The position numbers and the translations under genes were made by a program. The notes below the pieces were generated by a model that did no database searches, was not told the DNA's origin, and saw nothing but the letters and a program-made list of their open reading frames with translations. From Bacteroidales bacterium (GTDB lineage Bacteria; Bacteroidota; Bacteroidia; Bacteroidales; UBA10428), in contig JAFGSZ010000008.1 in assembly GCA_016934395.1 (NCBI GenBank), forward strand, positions 16,421 through 80,420: 64,000 nucleotides of DNA, read 5' to 3'. This document shows, one piece after another, positions 46,901-56,001 of this stretch; within the stretch, counting starts at the first letter, position 1, and every line of letters starts with the position of its first letter.

Positions 46901-48444
46901 TTTCCGGAACCCTTTCAAAGCCGATTCTTAACGGGAATATCGACCTTCAGAATACGATTTTTACGATGAACTACCTGAATACCCGATATAGTTTTTCTGA
47001 TAAATTTGATGTAATCAATAATAATTTCTTTATAAACAACCTGCAGGTTTATGATTCTGACGGGAACACTGCCCTGGCCAATGGAATTATACGAACAGAA
47101 TATTTAAGAAACGTGAATTTTGATATGACCCTGAATGCCCGTGACTTTCTTTTTCTTGATACCAGGGCCATAAATAATCCTCAATATTATGGCACCGCCT
47201 ATGCAACCGGTCAGGTAAAATTAAAAGGCACACCAAAAGATGTAACAATAGATGTAAAGGCAAGAACGGAAAGAAATACCCGGTTTTTTATCCCTCTTAA
47301 TCAGGCTGAAATAATTTCGGAATACAATTTTATTACCCTGTATGGTGCTGACTCCACTGCGCGTGAAAATACGTCAAACAGTTATAACGTTAATCTTTCC
47401 GGAGTACAGTTAAATTTTGATCTGGAGATTACACCCGATGCGGAAGTGCAGATAATTTTTGATCCTACTGTAGGTGATATTATAAAAGGTCGCGGATATG
47501 GAGAAATTAACATGGCCATAAGTACTCTTGGTAAATTTAACATGATGGGGGAATTTGATATTGTGGAAGGTGATTATTTATTTACCCTGCAGGATGTAAT
47601 TAACAAAAAGTTAAAAGTGGAATCGGGGAGTAAGGTCACATGGCGGGGAGATCCTCTGGATGCTATACTTGATGTAAATGCTTATTACAGGACAAAAGCT
47701 TCTCTCTATGATCTTTTTGGTGATAATGTTGAAAATTATAAAACCCGGACCACTATAGATTGTAAATTAAATATGACGGGCAATTTAAGCAAACCCAAAA
47801 TTACATATGATATCTACCTGCCCTTTGCGGAGGAAGATACCCGCAGACAGGTTTCAAATGCTATAACATCCGAAGAGGAACTTAGTAAACAATTTCTCGC
47901 CCTTATGGTATTAAACCGTTTTTTACCTAATAACAGCCTTCTTGCTAATAATCCTTCCTACCTGGCTTCCGGATCGGGATCTAATGTGGCGGGTGTAAAT
48001 GCCAGTGAGTTGCTATCAAACCAGTTGAGCAACTGGCTTTCACAAATAAGTAACGATTTTGATGTGGGGATCAATTACCGGCCGGGAGATAAAATTACAA
48101 GTAATGAAGTAGAGTTTGCCCTTTCTACGCAGTTGTTGAATGACCGGCTGAGTATAAACGGGAATATTGATGTAACCACCAATGCAACTGCCAACTCAAC
48201 AAACAATATTGTGGGTGATTTTGACGTGGATTATAAACTTAATAAAAATGGTAAACTCAGGGTAAAGGCCTTTAACCGTGCAAATGATGATCTGATTAGC
48301 GAAATATCGCCCTATACCCAGGGTGTGGGTTTATTCTACAAGGAAGAATTTAATACCCTTGGTGAATTACTCAGGCGATACTGGAGATCTCTTACCGGAA
48401 AGAATAACAAGAACAAGAATGATGATAAATTGTCTCAAAAATAA
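43921..48444 (+). CDS. TamB-like translocation and assembly module protein
   Basis: A roughly 1500-aa beta-rich Asn/Ser-rich protein with an N-terminal anchor (ISLILFLTLILLLGSS) and a DUF490-like C-terminus. I prefer the ATG at 43921 over 43870. Confidence 0.78.
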   Translation: MFELFLFFLHYNYKSHKIIKKIGKISLILFLTLILLLGSSYGLLQSKRVQTFVTQIILNFLEKNLNNKFSIETINITFFNKASISKFYVEDLNKDTLIYADRINVQSTNILRSVITGKNKLRVKRIELDHAYINLYSDSDDIPNIAFIIEHLKKNKDTTKTKKPIIIKSLSLADSKIKIRKFNGNESKGGIDFSNISMQQVNAVFSNLKPSGDTLAFSIDKLNFIEKSGFIMNDMSSEMMICNSRIMFSNASVNTGYSSFLSDYISLSFENFKAFKNDRLYNDVKLNIKINSSHLHFYDLAYVAPTFANTTQVINFSGILSGRINNLKGDGVNIHFGKSSDLLCNFSFSGLPDVKETFMIFDVNSFTTSPFDIAQFHLPGNKTINLPDNFNYTGRLVYKGNFTGFIDDFVTYGTLSTDIGNISSDILFKPASGNRFSFKGNLKMDNFNIGQVISADKIGKISMNVSVDGSSGSNAAIDAIMQGKIENFEVNNYNYRNIDISGNLTNKTFDGKIGIQDPNINLAFNGNIDFSNKIAKYDFTADVQNANLYSLNFDKTEPTHNVSFYITANAIGNSIETLDGEISLLNSNFSKKDRQIQINDFKLIADNTPGSNKISVRSDFIDADFWGSYRIEKIQESLRKFVNIYFPTIIDSSTFSVTKFENDFELTAKFKNTNPFFEYFLPEFFVAPNTLIESGYTAQDNHFYLFLQSPLIKYNNHSWKNMYINAESSDSILNLISGSKELLLADRISLQNFSIYSKALLDSFDVSVRWNNWDSVAYSGNIATKGFCFKEPGHTTPGFMVNILDSKVVTKDTLWNIANSRIRIDSSGIVVENFNFNHQDQYFMAYGSLSKSADDSLTLTFNQFNLAHLNAFTLPAGFFIQGILDGNATVSNIFNSPLFRTKLHVTDLTVNNELLGNTILNSIWDNQSKSINIEANTTRDTLKVIDVKGDYFPERDKGLAFSITLNKLKLEIIDQYVNKLLGNINGLVTGKLALSGTLSKPILNGNIDLQNTIFTMNYLNTRYSFSDKFDVINNNFFINNLQVYDSDGNTALANGIIRTEYLRNVNFDMTLNARDFLFLDTRAINNPQYYGTAYATGQVKLKGTPKDVTIDVKARTERNTRFFIPLNQAEIISEYNFITLYGADSTARENTSNSYNVNLSGVQLNFDLEITPDAEVQIIFDPTVGDIIKGRGYGEINMAISTLGKFNMMGEFDIVEGDYLFTLQDVINKKLKVESGSKVTWRGDPLDAILDVNAYYRTKASLYDLFGDNVENYKTRTTIDCKLNMTGNLSKPKITYDIYLPFAEEDTRRQVSNAITSEEELSKQFLALMVLNRFLPNNSLLANNPSYLASGSGSNVAGVNASELLSNQLSNWLSQISNDFDVGINYRPGDKITSNEVEFALSTQLLNDRLSINGNIDVTTNATANSTNNIVGDFDVDYKLNKNGKLRVKAFNRANDDLISEISPYTQGVGLFYKEEFNTLGELLRRYWRSLTGKNNKNKNDDKLSQK

Positions 48445-48625
48445 TCTCAATAATAACTTGTGAAAAGAAATATTCTTTCTAATTTTTCGTTTTTATAATT
48501 TTAGATTAAAAGTATTTATAATAAATCGTCCATTTGAAATATTGACAGATTTTTTGCAGAAGAAATGAAATTCAAATTTTATCATATGTTGTATAAGACC
48601 ATTGTATTAATTTAAATATTTTACT

Positions 48626-49330
48626 GTGAAATTACTATTTTTTATCCTTCAGGTTGCTTCGGCACAAAATGCTTCGGAAATGATGCAGGAAGAAGCAGGT
48701 CAGTTAAAACTTTCATTTTTCGAACTCGCCATGAAAGGCGGTTGGGTTATGATCCCCATTTTACTACTTTCAATTGTGGCCGTATATATTTTTTTCGAAC
48801 GGTATTTTGCAATCAAAAATGCAGCTAAAGTGGATATCAATTTTATGAACAGGATAAAAGACTATATACACGACGGAAAGCTCGATTCAGGACTGGCCTT
48901 GTGCGAATCAACTGAAAATCCTGTAGCCCGGATGATTGAAAAAGGAATTAACCGCATCGGAAAACCATTAAATGATGTAAGCGCTGCCATTGAAAATGTG
49001 GGAAAACTGGAAATTTATAAGCTGGAGAAAGGATTACCCCTCTTGGCCACTACTGCCGGGGGGGCACCTATGATCGGGTTTCTTGGTACAGTTATGGGAA
49101 TGATCCGTGCGTTTTATGATATGTCAAGCGCCGGGAACAACATTGATGTGGCACAGTTATCAAATGGTATATATACTGCCCTTGTCACTACGGTGGCAGG
49201 TCTGATTGTGGGTATTATGGCTTATTTCGCCTATAACGTTCTTGTTGCAAGGGTTGAAAAAGTAGTATTTATTCTTGAGGCAAGTTCCACAGAATTTATG
49301 GACCTATTGAATGAACCTGTAAAATCGTGA
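48626..49330 (+). CDS. exbB: MotA/TolQ/ExbB proton-channel protein
   Basis: Has three TM helices and the motif GGAPMIGFLGTVMGMI...LVTTVAGLIVGI. It uses a GTG start. Confidence 0.88.
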   Translation: MKLLFFILQVASAQNASEMMQEEAGQLKLSFFELAMKGGWVMIPILLLSIVAVYIFFERYFAIKNAAKVDINFMNRIKDYIHDGKLDSGLALCESTENPVARMIEKGINRIGKPLNDVSAAIENVGKLEIYKLEKGLPLLATTAGGAPMIGFLGTVMGMIRAFYDMSSAGNNIDVAQLSNGIYTALVTTVAGLIVGIMAYFAYNVLVARVEKVVFILEASSTEFMDLLNEPVKS

Positions 49331-49358
49331 ACCATCTGAAATTAAAATTTTTATAATT

Positions 49359-49751
49359 ATGGCTATTAGTTCACGAAATAAAGTAAGCGTGCAGTTTAGT
49401 ATGTCGAGCATGACGGATATAGTTTTTTTATTGCTTATCTTTTTTATGCTTACTTCTACCCTCATCGCTCCTAATGCTTTAAAACTCTTATTGCCGCAAA
49501 GCAATAACCAGACTGCTGCAAAACCCATAACTACAGTTTCCATCACCAAAGATCTGCTGTTCTATGTAGAAACTACAAGAGTAGATATTTCTGAACTCAA
49601 CCGCATTCTCCAGGAAAGGCTTAAAAATGTTGAAGAGCCTACTATTTCTCTGCATGCTGACCGGAGTGTACCTCTCGAACAGGTAGTGAAGGTGATGAAT
49701 ATTGCCAAAGACAATAATTATAAATTAATTCTGGCTACCACTCCCAACTAA
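49359..49751 (+). CDS. exbD: ExbD/TolR biopolymer transport protein
   Basis: 130 aa with the N-terminal motif MTDIVFLLLIFFM and a periplasmic domain ending ADRSVPLEQVVKVMN. Confidence 0.88.
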   Translation: MAISSRNKVSVQFSMSSMTDIVFLLLIFFMLTSTLIAPNALKLLLPQSNNQTAAKPITTVSITKDLLFYVETTRVDISELNRILQERLKNVEEPTISLHADRSVPLEQVVKVMNIAKDNNYKLILATTPN

Positions 49752-49757
49752 AACATT

Positions 49758-50585
49758 GTGGTTAAACGGGAACTTATGGATTTTAGTAAAAGAGGCATAT
49801 TAGGCACATTAATAATACATACCATTGTTCTGGCTTTGTTTGTATTCCTGGGATTTATTACTCCACTTCCCCTGCCGTCTGAAGAAGGAATTCTTATTAA
49901 CTTCGGAGATCAGCCTGCTGGAAGCGGTACAACAGAACCCCGATTTTCAGAACCTCCGAGCAGCATGGAAACTGTTCAACCTGTACCACAACCTGTTGAA
50001 ACAAAAACTGAAATTAAAGAAGACGTAATTACCCAGAATTTTGAAGATGCTCCGGTAATTGAAAAAAAGGAGGTTAAAAAGGAAACAAAAAAACCGGAAG
50101 TCACCACACCTGTAAAAAAAGAAGTTACAGAAATAAAACAACCTGAAGAAAAGCCTAAGGAGGTAAATACAAGGGCCCTCTACAGCGGTAAGAACCGGAA
50201 TACTGACAACGAATCATCTGAAGGTACAACACAAGGGACCGGCAACCAGGGAAATCCATTTGGTTCGGAAAATTCAGACAATCATTCTCTTGGTTTAAGT
50301 CAGGGATCTGGCGGCCCGAGAATTAGCCTTGATGGCAGAAACCCCTTACATTTGCCTGCACCCAATTTAAATTTTCAGCGGGAAGGAAAAGTTGTGGTAG
50401 TAATTACTGTAGACAGGGATGGAAATGTTCAAAGCGCCACCCCTGGGGCCAAAGGATCAACCACGCTGGATGAGAATCTTCTTGAAGCGGCAAGAAAAGC
50501 TGCATTGGCTTCAAAGTTTGATATCCGAAGCGATGCCCCAGTATCTCAGAAAGGAACCATTACCTACTACTTCAAATTAAAATAA
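49758..50585 (+). CDS. tonB: TonB-family energy transducer
   Basis: Has an N-terminal anchor, a Pro/Glu/Lys-rich linker (PVPQPVETKTEIKEDV...KKPEVTTPVKKE) and a C-terminal TonB-like domain (GKVVVVITVDRDGNV). Confidence 0.8.
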   Translation: MVKRELMDFSKRGILGTLIIHTIVLALFVFLGFITPLPLPSEEGILINFGDQPAGSGTTEPRFSEPPSSMETVQPVPQPVETKTEIKEDVITQNFEDAPVIEKKEVKKETKKPEVTTPVKKEVTEIKQPEEKPKEVNTRALYSGKNRNTDNESSEGTTQGTGNQGNPFGSENSDNHSLGLSQGSGGPRISLDGRNPLHLPAPNLNFQREGKVVVVITVDRDGNVQSATPGAKGSTTLDENLLEAARKAALASKFDIRSDAPVSQKGTITYYFKLK

Positions 50586-50591
50586 CATAGC

Positions 50592-51374
50592 TCAGAATAC
50601 ACCCAACAGTTTCACCGAAGATATCAGAATTGCCAGCAATAAAATCACACGTACAAACTTCGGGCCCCAGCTTACTGCTACTTTTGAACCGATAAAAGCG
50701 CCAATCATATTTCCAACGGCCAAAATCAGTCCAATTTGAATATTAACCTGTCCATTCCATAAAAAAATCAACAGGGCAATTGGGGTATACAGGAGGATTA
50801 TAAATACTTTTAACGCATTAGCTTTCACAAGGTCTGCACCGGCTCCAAGAACCAGACCTGCCAAAAGAAAAAATCCAACACCTGCCTGAATAAATCCGCC
50901 ATAAATGCCAATCACAAAAAATATAACAATATTCAGGATAGTAGAATTCGAAGTTATTTTGTGCTCCTGCCCTTTAAGCCATACGCTGGGTTTTAAAAGG
51001 ATAAGAAAGAACATAAAAATAAGTAATCCGCCAATGGCTTTTTCAATAAATACATCATTCAGGCTTATGGCAATCTGAGCCCCGGCAATAGCGCCAAATG
51101 CAGCAGGCAGGCCCAATATAAGTCCCTGCCTGAAATTTAATACTTTTTGATACCTGAAACTTGATACGCCCACTACGTTTTGAAGTAAAATTGCAATGCG
51201 GTTTGTTCCATTAGCCACGTTGGCAGGTAATCCCAGAAACATAAGTAAGGGTAAGGTAAGCAATGACCCGCTGCCGGCCAGCGTGTTAATAAAACCGGCA
51301 ACAATACCCACAGCAATTACAGCAAGGTAGATATACCATTCAAAAGAAAGCATCGGATTGAAATCAGAAAACAT
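50592..51374 (-). CDS. TauE/SafE-family sulfite/anion exporter
   Basis: A 260-aa protein of about 8 TM helices with the duplicated motif GxxAGFINTLAGSG / GGFIQAGVGF. Confidence 0.85.
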   Translation of the reverse strand: MFSDFNPMLSFEWYIYLAVIAVGIVAGFINTLAGSGSLLTLPLLMFLGLPANVANGTNRIAILLQNVVGVSSFRYQKVLNFRQGLILGLPAAFGAIAGAQIAISLNDVFIEKAIGGLLIFMFFLILLKPSVWLKGQEHKITSNSTILNIVIFFVIGIYGGFIQAGVGFFLLAGLVLGAGADLVKANALKVFIILLYTPIALLIFLWNGQVNIQIGLILAVGNMIGAFIGSKVAVSWGPKFVRVILLLAILISSVKLLGVF

Positions 51375-51376
51375 AA

Positions 51377-52657
51377 CTAATAGGCAAACAATGGAAGATC
51401 TTTCATCAGCGCATTTACTTTTTCCCTCACACCGGCAATCACACGTTCATTGTCGATATTTATAATTACCTCATCAATTAAATTTACTGTGGTAACAATT
51501 AAATCTTCTTTTGCACCCCTGGTGGTAATAGCCGGTGTACCCACCCTGATACCCGAGGTCTGGAATGGCGACCTGCTGTCGAAAGGAACCATATTTTTAT
51601 TTACGGTTATGTCTGCTTTAACCAGGGTATTCTCCACCACCTTGCCAGATATTTCGGGTACTTTTGTACGTAAATCAATAAGCATGGAATGATTATCTGT
51701 ACCTCCGGAAACTACTTTGTACCCTTTTTCAATAAAGGTTTCAGCCATAACATGGGCATTTTTAATAACCTGGGCGATGTATTCCTTATAGCTATCCGAA
51801 AGCGCTTCACCAAAAGCCACCGCTTTGGCTGCAATTACATGTTCCAGCGGACCACCCTGAATTCCTGGAAATACTGCGGAATCGAGTAATTGGGTAATGG
51901 TCTTTAATTCACCTTTAGGTGAAGTGATGCCCCATGGATTTTCAAAATTTTCGGCAACCAAAATTAATCCGCCTCTCGGTCCTCTTAAAGTTTTGTGTGT
52001 GGTAGTGGTTACTATATGACAATGCGGAAATGGATTGTTTAAAAATTTTGTGGCGATTAATCCGGCAGGATGCGAAACATCCGCCATTAGCAAAGCTCCC
52101 ACGCTATCGGCTATACTTCTCATTCTTTTGTAGTCCCAGTCGCGTGAATATGCTGAAGCGCCGGCAATAATCAATTTTGGTTTTTCCTTTTGTGCCAGCT
52201 TCTCCATGTTATCGTAATCAATGCGTCCTGTTTCTTCATTTAAGCCATAGGCAACAGGACGGTACAAAATACCTGAATAATTTACATGAGAACCATGAGT
52301 AAGGTGGCCACCATGTGACAGATTAAGTCCCAGGAACGTATCGCCCGGTTGCAAAACTGCCAGCATTACCGCAGCATTAGCCTGTGCCCCTGAATGTGGC
52401 TGCACATTCGCCCAGGTTGCCCCAAAAAGTTCTTTTGCACGATCAATGGCCAGTTGTTCTACTTCATCAACTACCTGGCAACCGCCATAGTACCTTTTTC
52501 CCGGTAATCCTTCTGCATATTTATTTGTTAAACAGGTACCCATTGCCTCCAGTACCTGATCGCTTACAAAATTTTCTGAAGCTATTAATTCAATACCGAA
52601 CAGTTGTCTTTTTTTCTCTTTATTGATGAGAGTAAATATGGTTTCGTCTCTTTTCAT
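51377..52657 (-). CDS. glyA: Serine hydroxymethyltransferase
   Basis: Contains the PLP-lysine motif [15 protein letters not shown]. Length is 426 aa. Confidence 0.97.
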   Translation of the reverse strand: MKRDETIFTLINKEKKRQLFGIELIASENFVSDQVLEAMGTCLTNKYAEGLPGKRYYGGCQVVDEVEQLAIDRAKELFGATWANVQPHSGAQANAAVMLAVLQPGDTFLGLNLSHGGHLTHGSHVNYSGILYRPVAYGLNEETGRIDYDNMEKLAQKEKPKLIIAGASAYSRDWDYKRMRSIADSVGALLMADVSHPAGLIATKFLNNPFPHCHIVTTTTHKTLRGPRGGLILVAENFENPWGITSPKGELKTITQLLDSAVFPGIQGGPLEHVIAAKAVAFGEALSDSYKEYIAQVIKNAHVMAETFIEKGYKVVSGGTDNHSMLIDLRTKVPEISGKVVENTLVKADITVNKNMVPFDSRSPFQTSGIRVGTPAITTRGAKEDLIVTTVNLIDEVIINIDNERVIAGVREKVNALMKDLPLFAY

Positions 52658-52676
52658 TATATTTTTTTTAAAAATC

Positions 52677-52684
52677 CAAAATTA
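52677..52684 (-). promoter_or_regulatory. Bacteroidota -7 box (TAatTTTG on the minus strand) for glyA
   Basis: Plus-strand caaaatta is TAATTTTG on the reverse strand, 20 nt upstream of the glyA ATG at 52657. Confidence 0.45.
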
Positions 52685-52910
52685 CAGTTTTCAAACATCC
52701 GAAAAAATTTTTAATCCATTTTATTATTAATCTTTTACTCACAATTCATCTGCTTATATTTAAATCTGCCTAATCTGCCCTGTACAGAGAACCGGGCGGA
52801 TATCGAAAACAATATATTTCTAAAGCCATTAATAGTTATTTTAAGAACCCGGGTATTTGTTCATATTTTGTTAAAGTACAGCGATTTTTAATTTTTTTTT
52901 ATATTTTTAT

Positions 52911-53417
52911 ATGAATTACCTTAAAAGCTTAGCTATGGAAACCCAATCAACCGAAGTCGAAAAAAGGCCCGCTTTTCTGACCGTGTTATGTATTTTGAGT
53001 TTTATAGGCCTTGGATATGTAATTTTAACCAACCTTTTATTTTTACCCTTAACACCGTTTTTTTCTCATCTTATACCTGATTTTAAAGAATTAATTCAGG
53101 ATAATTTTTATTCCGGCCCATTTGAAAATTTTGTATACGATGCTATTAACGTAGCTGAAAAGGCTATGGAATTTGCCTGGGCAATTTCGCTGTCTAAAAT
53201 GTTGCTGGCGGCTTTGGCGTTGTGGGGAGTTATTCTGATGTGGCAATTAAAGAAAAACGGATTTTATTTATATGCACTCGCCAAAATTGTAATTATCACA
53301 CTTCCAATCATATTTTTAGGATATAATTTTATTGCAGCAATAGGTGTGATAAGCGGTGGATTTTTTGCACTTATTTTTATTGTTCTTTATGCTTTGAACC
53401 TTAAATCAATGAAATAA
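52911..53417 (+). CDS. Hypothetical four-helix membrane protein
   Basis: 168 aa with hydrophobic segments at FLTVLCILSFIGLGYVIL, LLAALALWGVILMW, IVIITLPIIFLGY and GGFFALIFIVLYAL. I recognise no family. Confidence 0.5.
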   Translation: MNYLKSLAMETQSTEVEKRPAFLTVLCILSFIGLGYVILTNLLFLPLTPFFSHLIPDFKELIQDNFYSGPFENFVYDAINVAEKAMEFAWAISLSKMLLAALALWGVILMWQLKKNGFYLYALAKIVIITLPIIFLGYNFIAAIGVISGGFFALIFIVLYALNLKSMK

Positions 53418-53435
53418 TTATTAAAAACTATTACT

Positions 53436-53753
53436 ATGACAGATCAAGCATCACAACCAAAACAACAGTTACCCAATGCAACCGCAACACTGGTTTTAGG
53501 AATTCTATCCCTGGTTTTCGGCTGCATACTTGCCGGCCTCATCCTTGGGATTGTTGGACTAGCAATATCTAAAAGAGGCAAAGTACTCCATGAACAAGAA
53601 CCTGACAAGTATTTGGGCTGGGGGTCTTTAAATGCAGGAAGGATAATGTCTATTATCGGAATTGTGCTCGGAGGATTAACCCTGCTTTATTATATTGTTG
53701 TTGTGGCAATACTTGGCGCTGCGGCATTTTCATTTTGGGATTATTTTGGATAA
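53436..53753 (+). CDS. Small two-helix membrane protein (DUF4190-like)
   Basis: 105 aa with Gly/Leu/Ile-rich helices LVLGILSLVFGCILAGLILGIVGLAI and IMSIIGIVLGGLTLLYYIVVV. Confidence 0.5.
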   Translation: MTDQASQPKQQLPNATATLVLGILSLVFGCILAGLILGIVGLAISKRGKVLHEQEPDKYLGWGSLNAGRIMSIIGIVLGGLTLLYYIVVVAILGAAAFSFWDYFG

Positions 53754-53776
53754 TCGAAAGACTATTGAACATATAC

Positions 53777-53811
53777 AGGAGACCGGTTATTATAGCTGGT
53801 CTCCTTTTTTT
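53777..53811 (+). terminator. Rho-independent terminator
   Basis: The stem AGGAGACC-N13-GGTCTCCT is followed by a T7 run, about 25 nt after the stop at 53753. Confidence 0.8.
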
Positions 53812-53860
53812 ATAAAATTTAAATAAAAAAAGATTTATTTATTCATCTTGAAAATTTAGA

Positions 53861-54160
53861 ATGTTAAAAATAACCGACTGGCTGGAACACCATCTTTTAC
53901 CTTGTGCCTACAAGCAAATATTTGGCTTTGATTGCCCGGCATGTGGATTTCAGCGTGCACTTATCGAACTTTTAAAGGGGAATATCAAAGACAGCCTGCT
54001 GGAATACCCGGGGTTAATTCCCACAGTTGTGCTTGTTGGTGTTTTTATATTTCATTTATTTCGGAAAACCGGTAAATCCAGAAAGGTACTGCTAATAATA
54101 GCTAAAACAGATCTGGTAATTATTATTGTTAGTTATATAATCAGATTGGTTTTCTATTAA
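53861..54160 (+). CDS. DUF2752-like small membrane protein
   Basis: Has an N-terminal Cys motif LPCAYKQIFGFDCPACGFQRAL followed by two TM helices. Confidence 0.6.
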   Translation: MLKITDWLEHHLLPCAYKQIFGFDCPACGFQRALIELLKGNIKDSLLEYPGLIPTVVLVGVFIFHLFRKTGKSRKVLLIIAKTDLVIIIVSYIIRLVFY

Positions 54161-54192
54161 CTAATGCCGGTATTAACAAACTTCTCAGATTC

Positions 54193-55968
54193 TTATTCCT
54201 CTGAAATATCCATAAGCCATTTTCTGTAAACCGAGAATAATTTGGATTTGGATAAAAATCCAACATATTTCCCGTTATCGATTACAGGAAGATTCCACAC
54301 ATTGTATTCCTCAAATTTACCCATAACAGATTCCATCGATTCATTGGAAGAAACATACGCCGGAGGCAATATCATCAGATCTCTGACAAAAGTTGTGCTG
54401 TACATTTCGGTATTAAAAATTATATGACGAATAGTATCCAGTAGTATAATTCCCACCAGCATACCATCCTTATTCAATACAGGGAATATATTTCTTTTGG
54501 ATTTTGCTATAGCTTTCACCAATTTACCAAGTGTATCTTCAGGAGATAATTCAATAAAATCTTTTTCTATTACTTTTCCAACTTTCAGTAAGGTAAGTAT
54601 TGCTTTATCTTTATGATGTGTAATCAGCTCTCCTCTTTTTGCCAAACGAGATGTATAAAGTGAATGAGGTTCAAAATACCGAATGGTCATAAATGAAATG
54701 GTGCTGGAAATAATAAGTGGTATTAACAAAGCATAGCCGCCGGTAATTTCAGCAATCAGAAATATTGCAGTGAGCGGCGCATGCATAACACCTGCCATCA
54801 AACCAGCCATACCGATCAGTGCAAAATTACGCTCCGAAACATTAATAAAGTTAAACAGATTTAAAATCTTAGCCACAATAAAACCTAAAATACCCCCCAT
54901 AAACAAGGTGGGTGCAAATATACCTCCTACTCCGCCGCTTCCGTTGGTGGAAGCCATTGCAACAACCTTAAAAAAGAGAACAAGAATTAGAAATACAATT
55001 ATCCATAGCAGGCTTTCACGGTACTGATAAAACAAACTTCCATTGGTAAGTTCGGATAAATCTCCATGAAGCAGGGTATTTAGTGTATCGTAACCTTCAC
55101 CATATAACGGAGGAAGCAAAAAGATAAGTATGCCCAGGATTGTACCCCCGATTAAAAGTTTTTGATACACGTTGGTAATTTTACCAAACTGAGATTCAAG
55201 AAACAATGTTCCGCGGGTAAAATACAGAGAAACAAAACCGGAAACCACACCTAAAATAACATAATAAGGTATGTTATGTAAAATAAAAGGATTTTCAAGC
55301 TGAAAACTAAAAATTACACCCCTGCCAAGAAAAAAATAGGATACTGTTGCTCCCGTAACCGCTGAAATTAATAAGGGAATCATTGACCACATGGTAAGGT
55401 CGAGCATAAGTACTTCCAAACCAAAAATAACCGCAGCTATTGGCGCCTTAAAAATACCTGCAATAGCGCCTGCTGCACCACAGCCGATTAAAATTATGCG
55501 GGTTTTATAATTTAACCTGAAAAGATTGCCAAGTGTAGATCCGATGGAAGAACCCGTGAGTACTATAGGGGCTTCAAGACCAACCGAACCGCCAAAACCA
55601 ACAGTAAGTGTACTGGCTATTAGTGATGTGTAATTATTGTGTCTTTTTATAATACCGTTTTTTTTGGATATTGCAAAAAGTATCCGGGTAATTCCATGAC
55701 TGATATTGTCTTTCACAAAAATATTTACAAAGAGCACCGTGAGAAAAATTCCGATTAACGGATATGCCAGGTAAAGCAGGTTAAAACTTTCGTATGAAAG
55801 CCTGTGGTTTAAAAACATATGTGTATAATGCACTGCATTTTTTAACAACACAGCTGCCAAACTACTTAAAATTCCAATTATAAAACTTAACAGATAAACG
55901 AATTGTCTGTGAGGTAAATGTTTCTCTCTCCAAAGAATAAATCGCGCAAAAAACTTATTAACATTCAT
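54193..55968 (-). CDS. ClC-family chloride channel / H+-Cl- exchanger with a C-terminal CBS pair (copy 2)
   Basis: Has selectivity-filter motifs GFGGSVGLEAP (with the gating Glu) and GGIFAPTLFMG, plus two CBS motifs at the C-terminus. Confidence 0.9.
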   Translation of the reverse strand: MNVNKFFARFILWREKHLPHRQFVYLLSFIIGILSSLAAVLLKNAVHYTHMFLNHRLSYESFNLLYLAYPLIGIFLTVLFVNIFVKDNISHGITRILFAISKKNGIIKRHNNYTSLIASTLTVGFGGSVGLEAPIVLTGSSIGSTLGNLFRLNYKTRIILIGCGAAGAIAGIFKAPIAAVIFGLEVLMLDLTMWSMIPLLISAVTGATVSYFFLGRGVIFSFQLENPFILHNIPYYVILGVVSGFVSLYFTRGTLFLESQFGKITNVYQKLLIGGTILGILIFLLPPLYGEGYDTLNTLLHGDLSELTNGSLFYQYRESLLWIIVFLILVLFFKVVAMASTNGSGGVGGIFAPTLFMGGILGFIVAKILNLFNFINVSERNFALIGMAGLMAGVMHAPLTAIFLIAEITGGYALLIPLIISSTISFMTIRYFEPHSLYTSRLAKRGELITHHKDKAILTLLKVGKVIEKDFIELSPEDTLGKLVKAIAKSKRNIFPVLNKDGMLVGIILLDTIRHIIFNTEMYSTTFVRDLMILPPAYVSSNESMESVMGKFEEYNVWNLPVIDNGKYVGFLSKSKLFSVYRKWLMDISEE

Positions 55969-56001
55969 TTTTATATATTTCGAATCTGATTTATAATTAT
56001 G

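Noticed and set aside
52741-52860. A possible ZTP (pfl) or other folate-related riboswitch in the glyA leader, suggested by CCGGGCGG / CCGCCCGG and a second GAACCCGGG repeat.
   Set aside because: On the glyA strand only a weak resemblance to the 3' CCGCCUGGGC element exists (CCGCCCGGTT). I found no ACUGGCG / GGGUCGUG 5' subdomain. A TAatTTTG box only 20 nt from the ATG would place the start site downstream of the motif. It is more likely a shared divergent-promoter feature. An Rfam cmscan would settle it.
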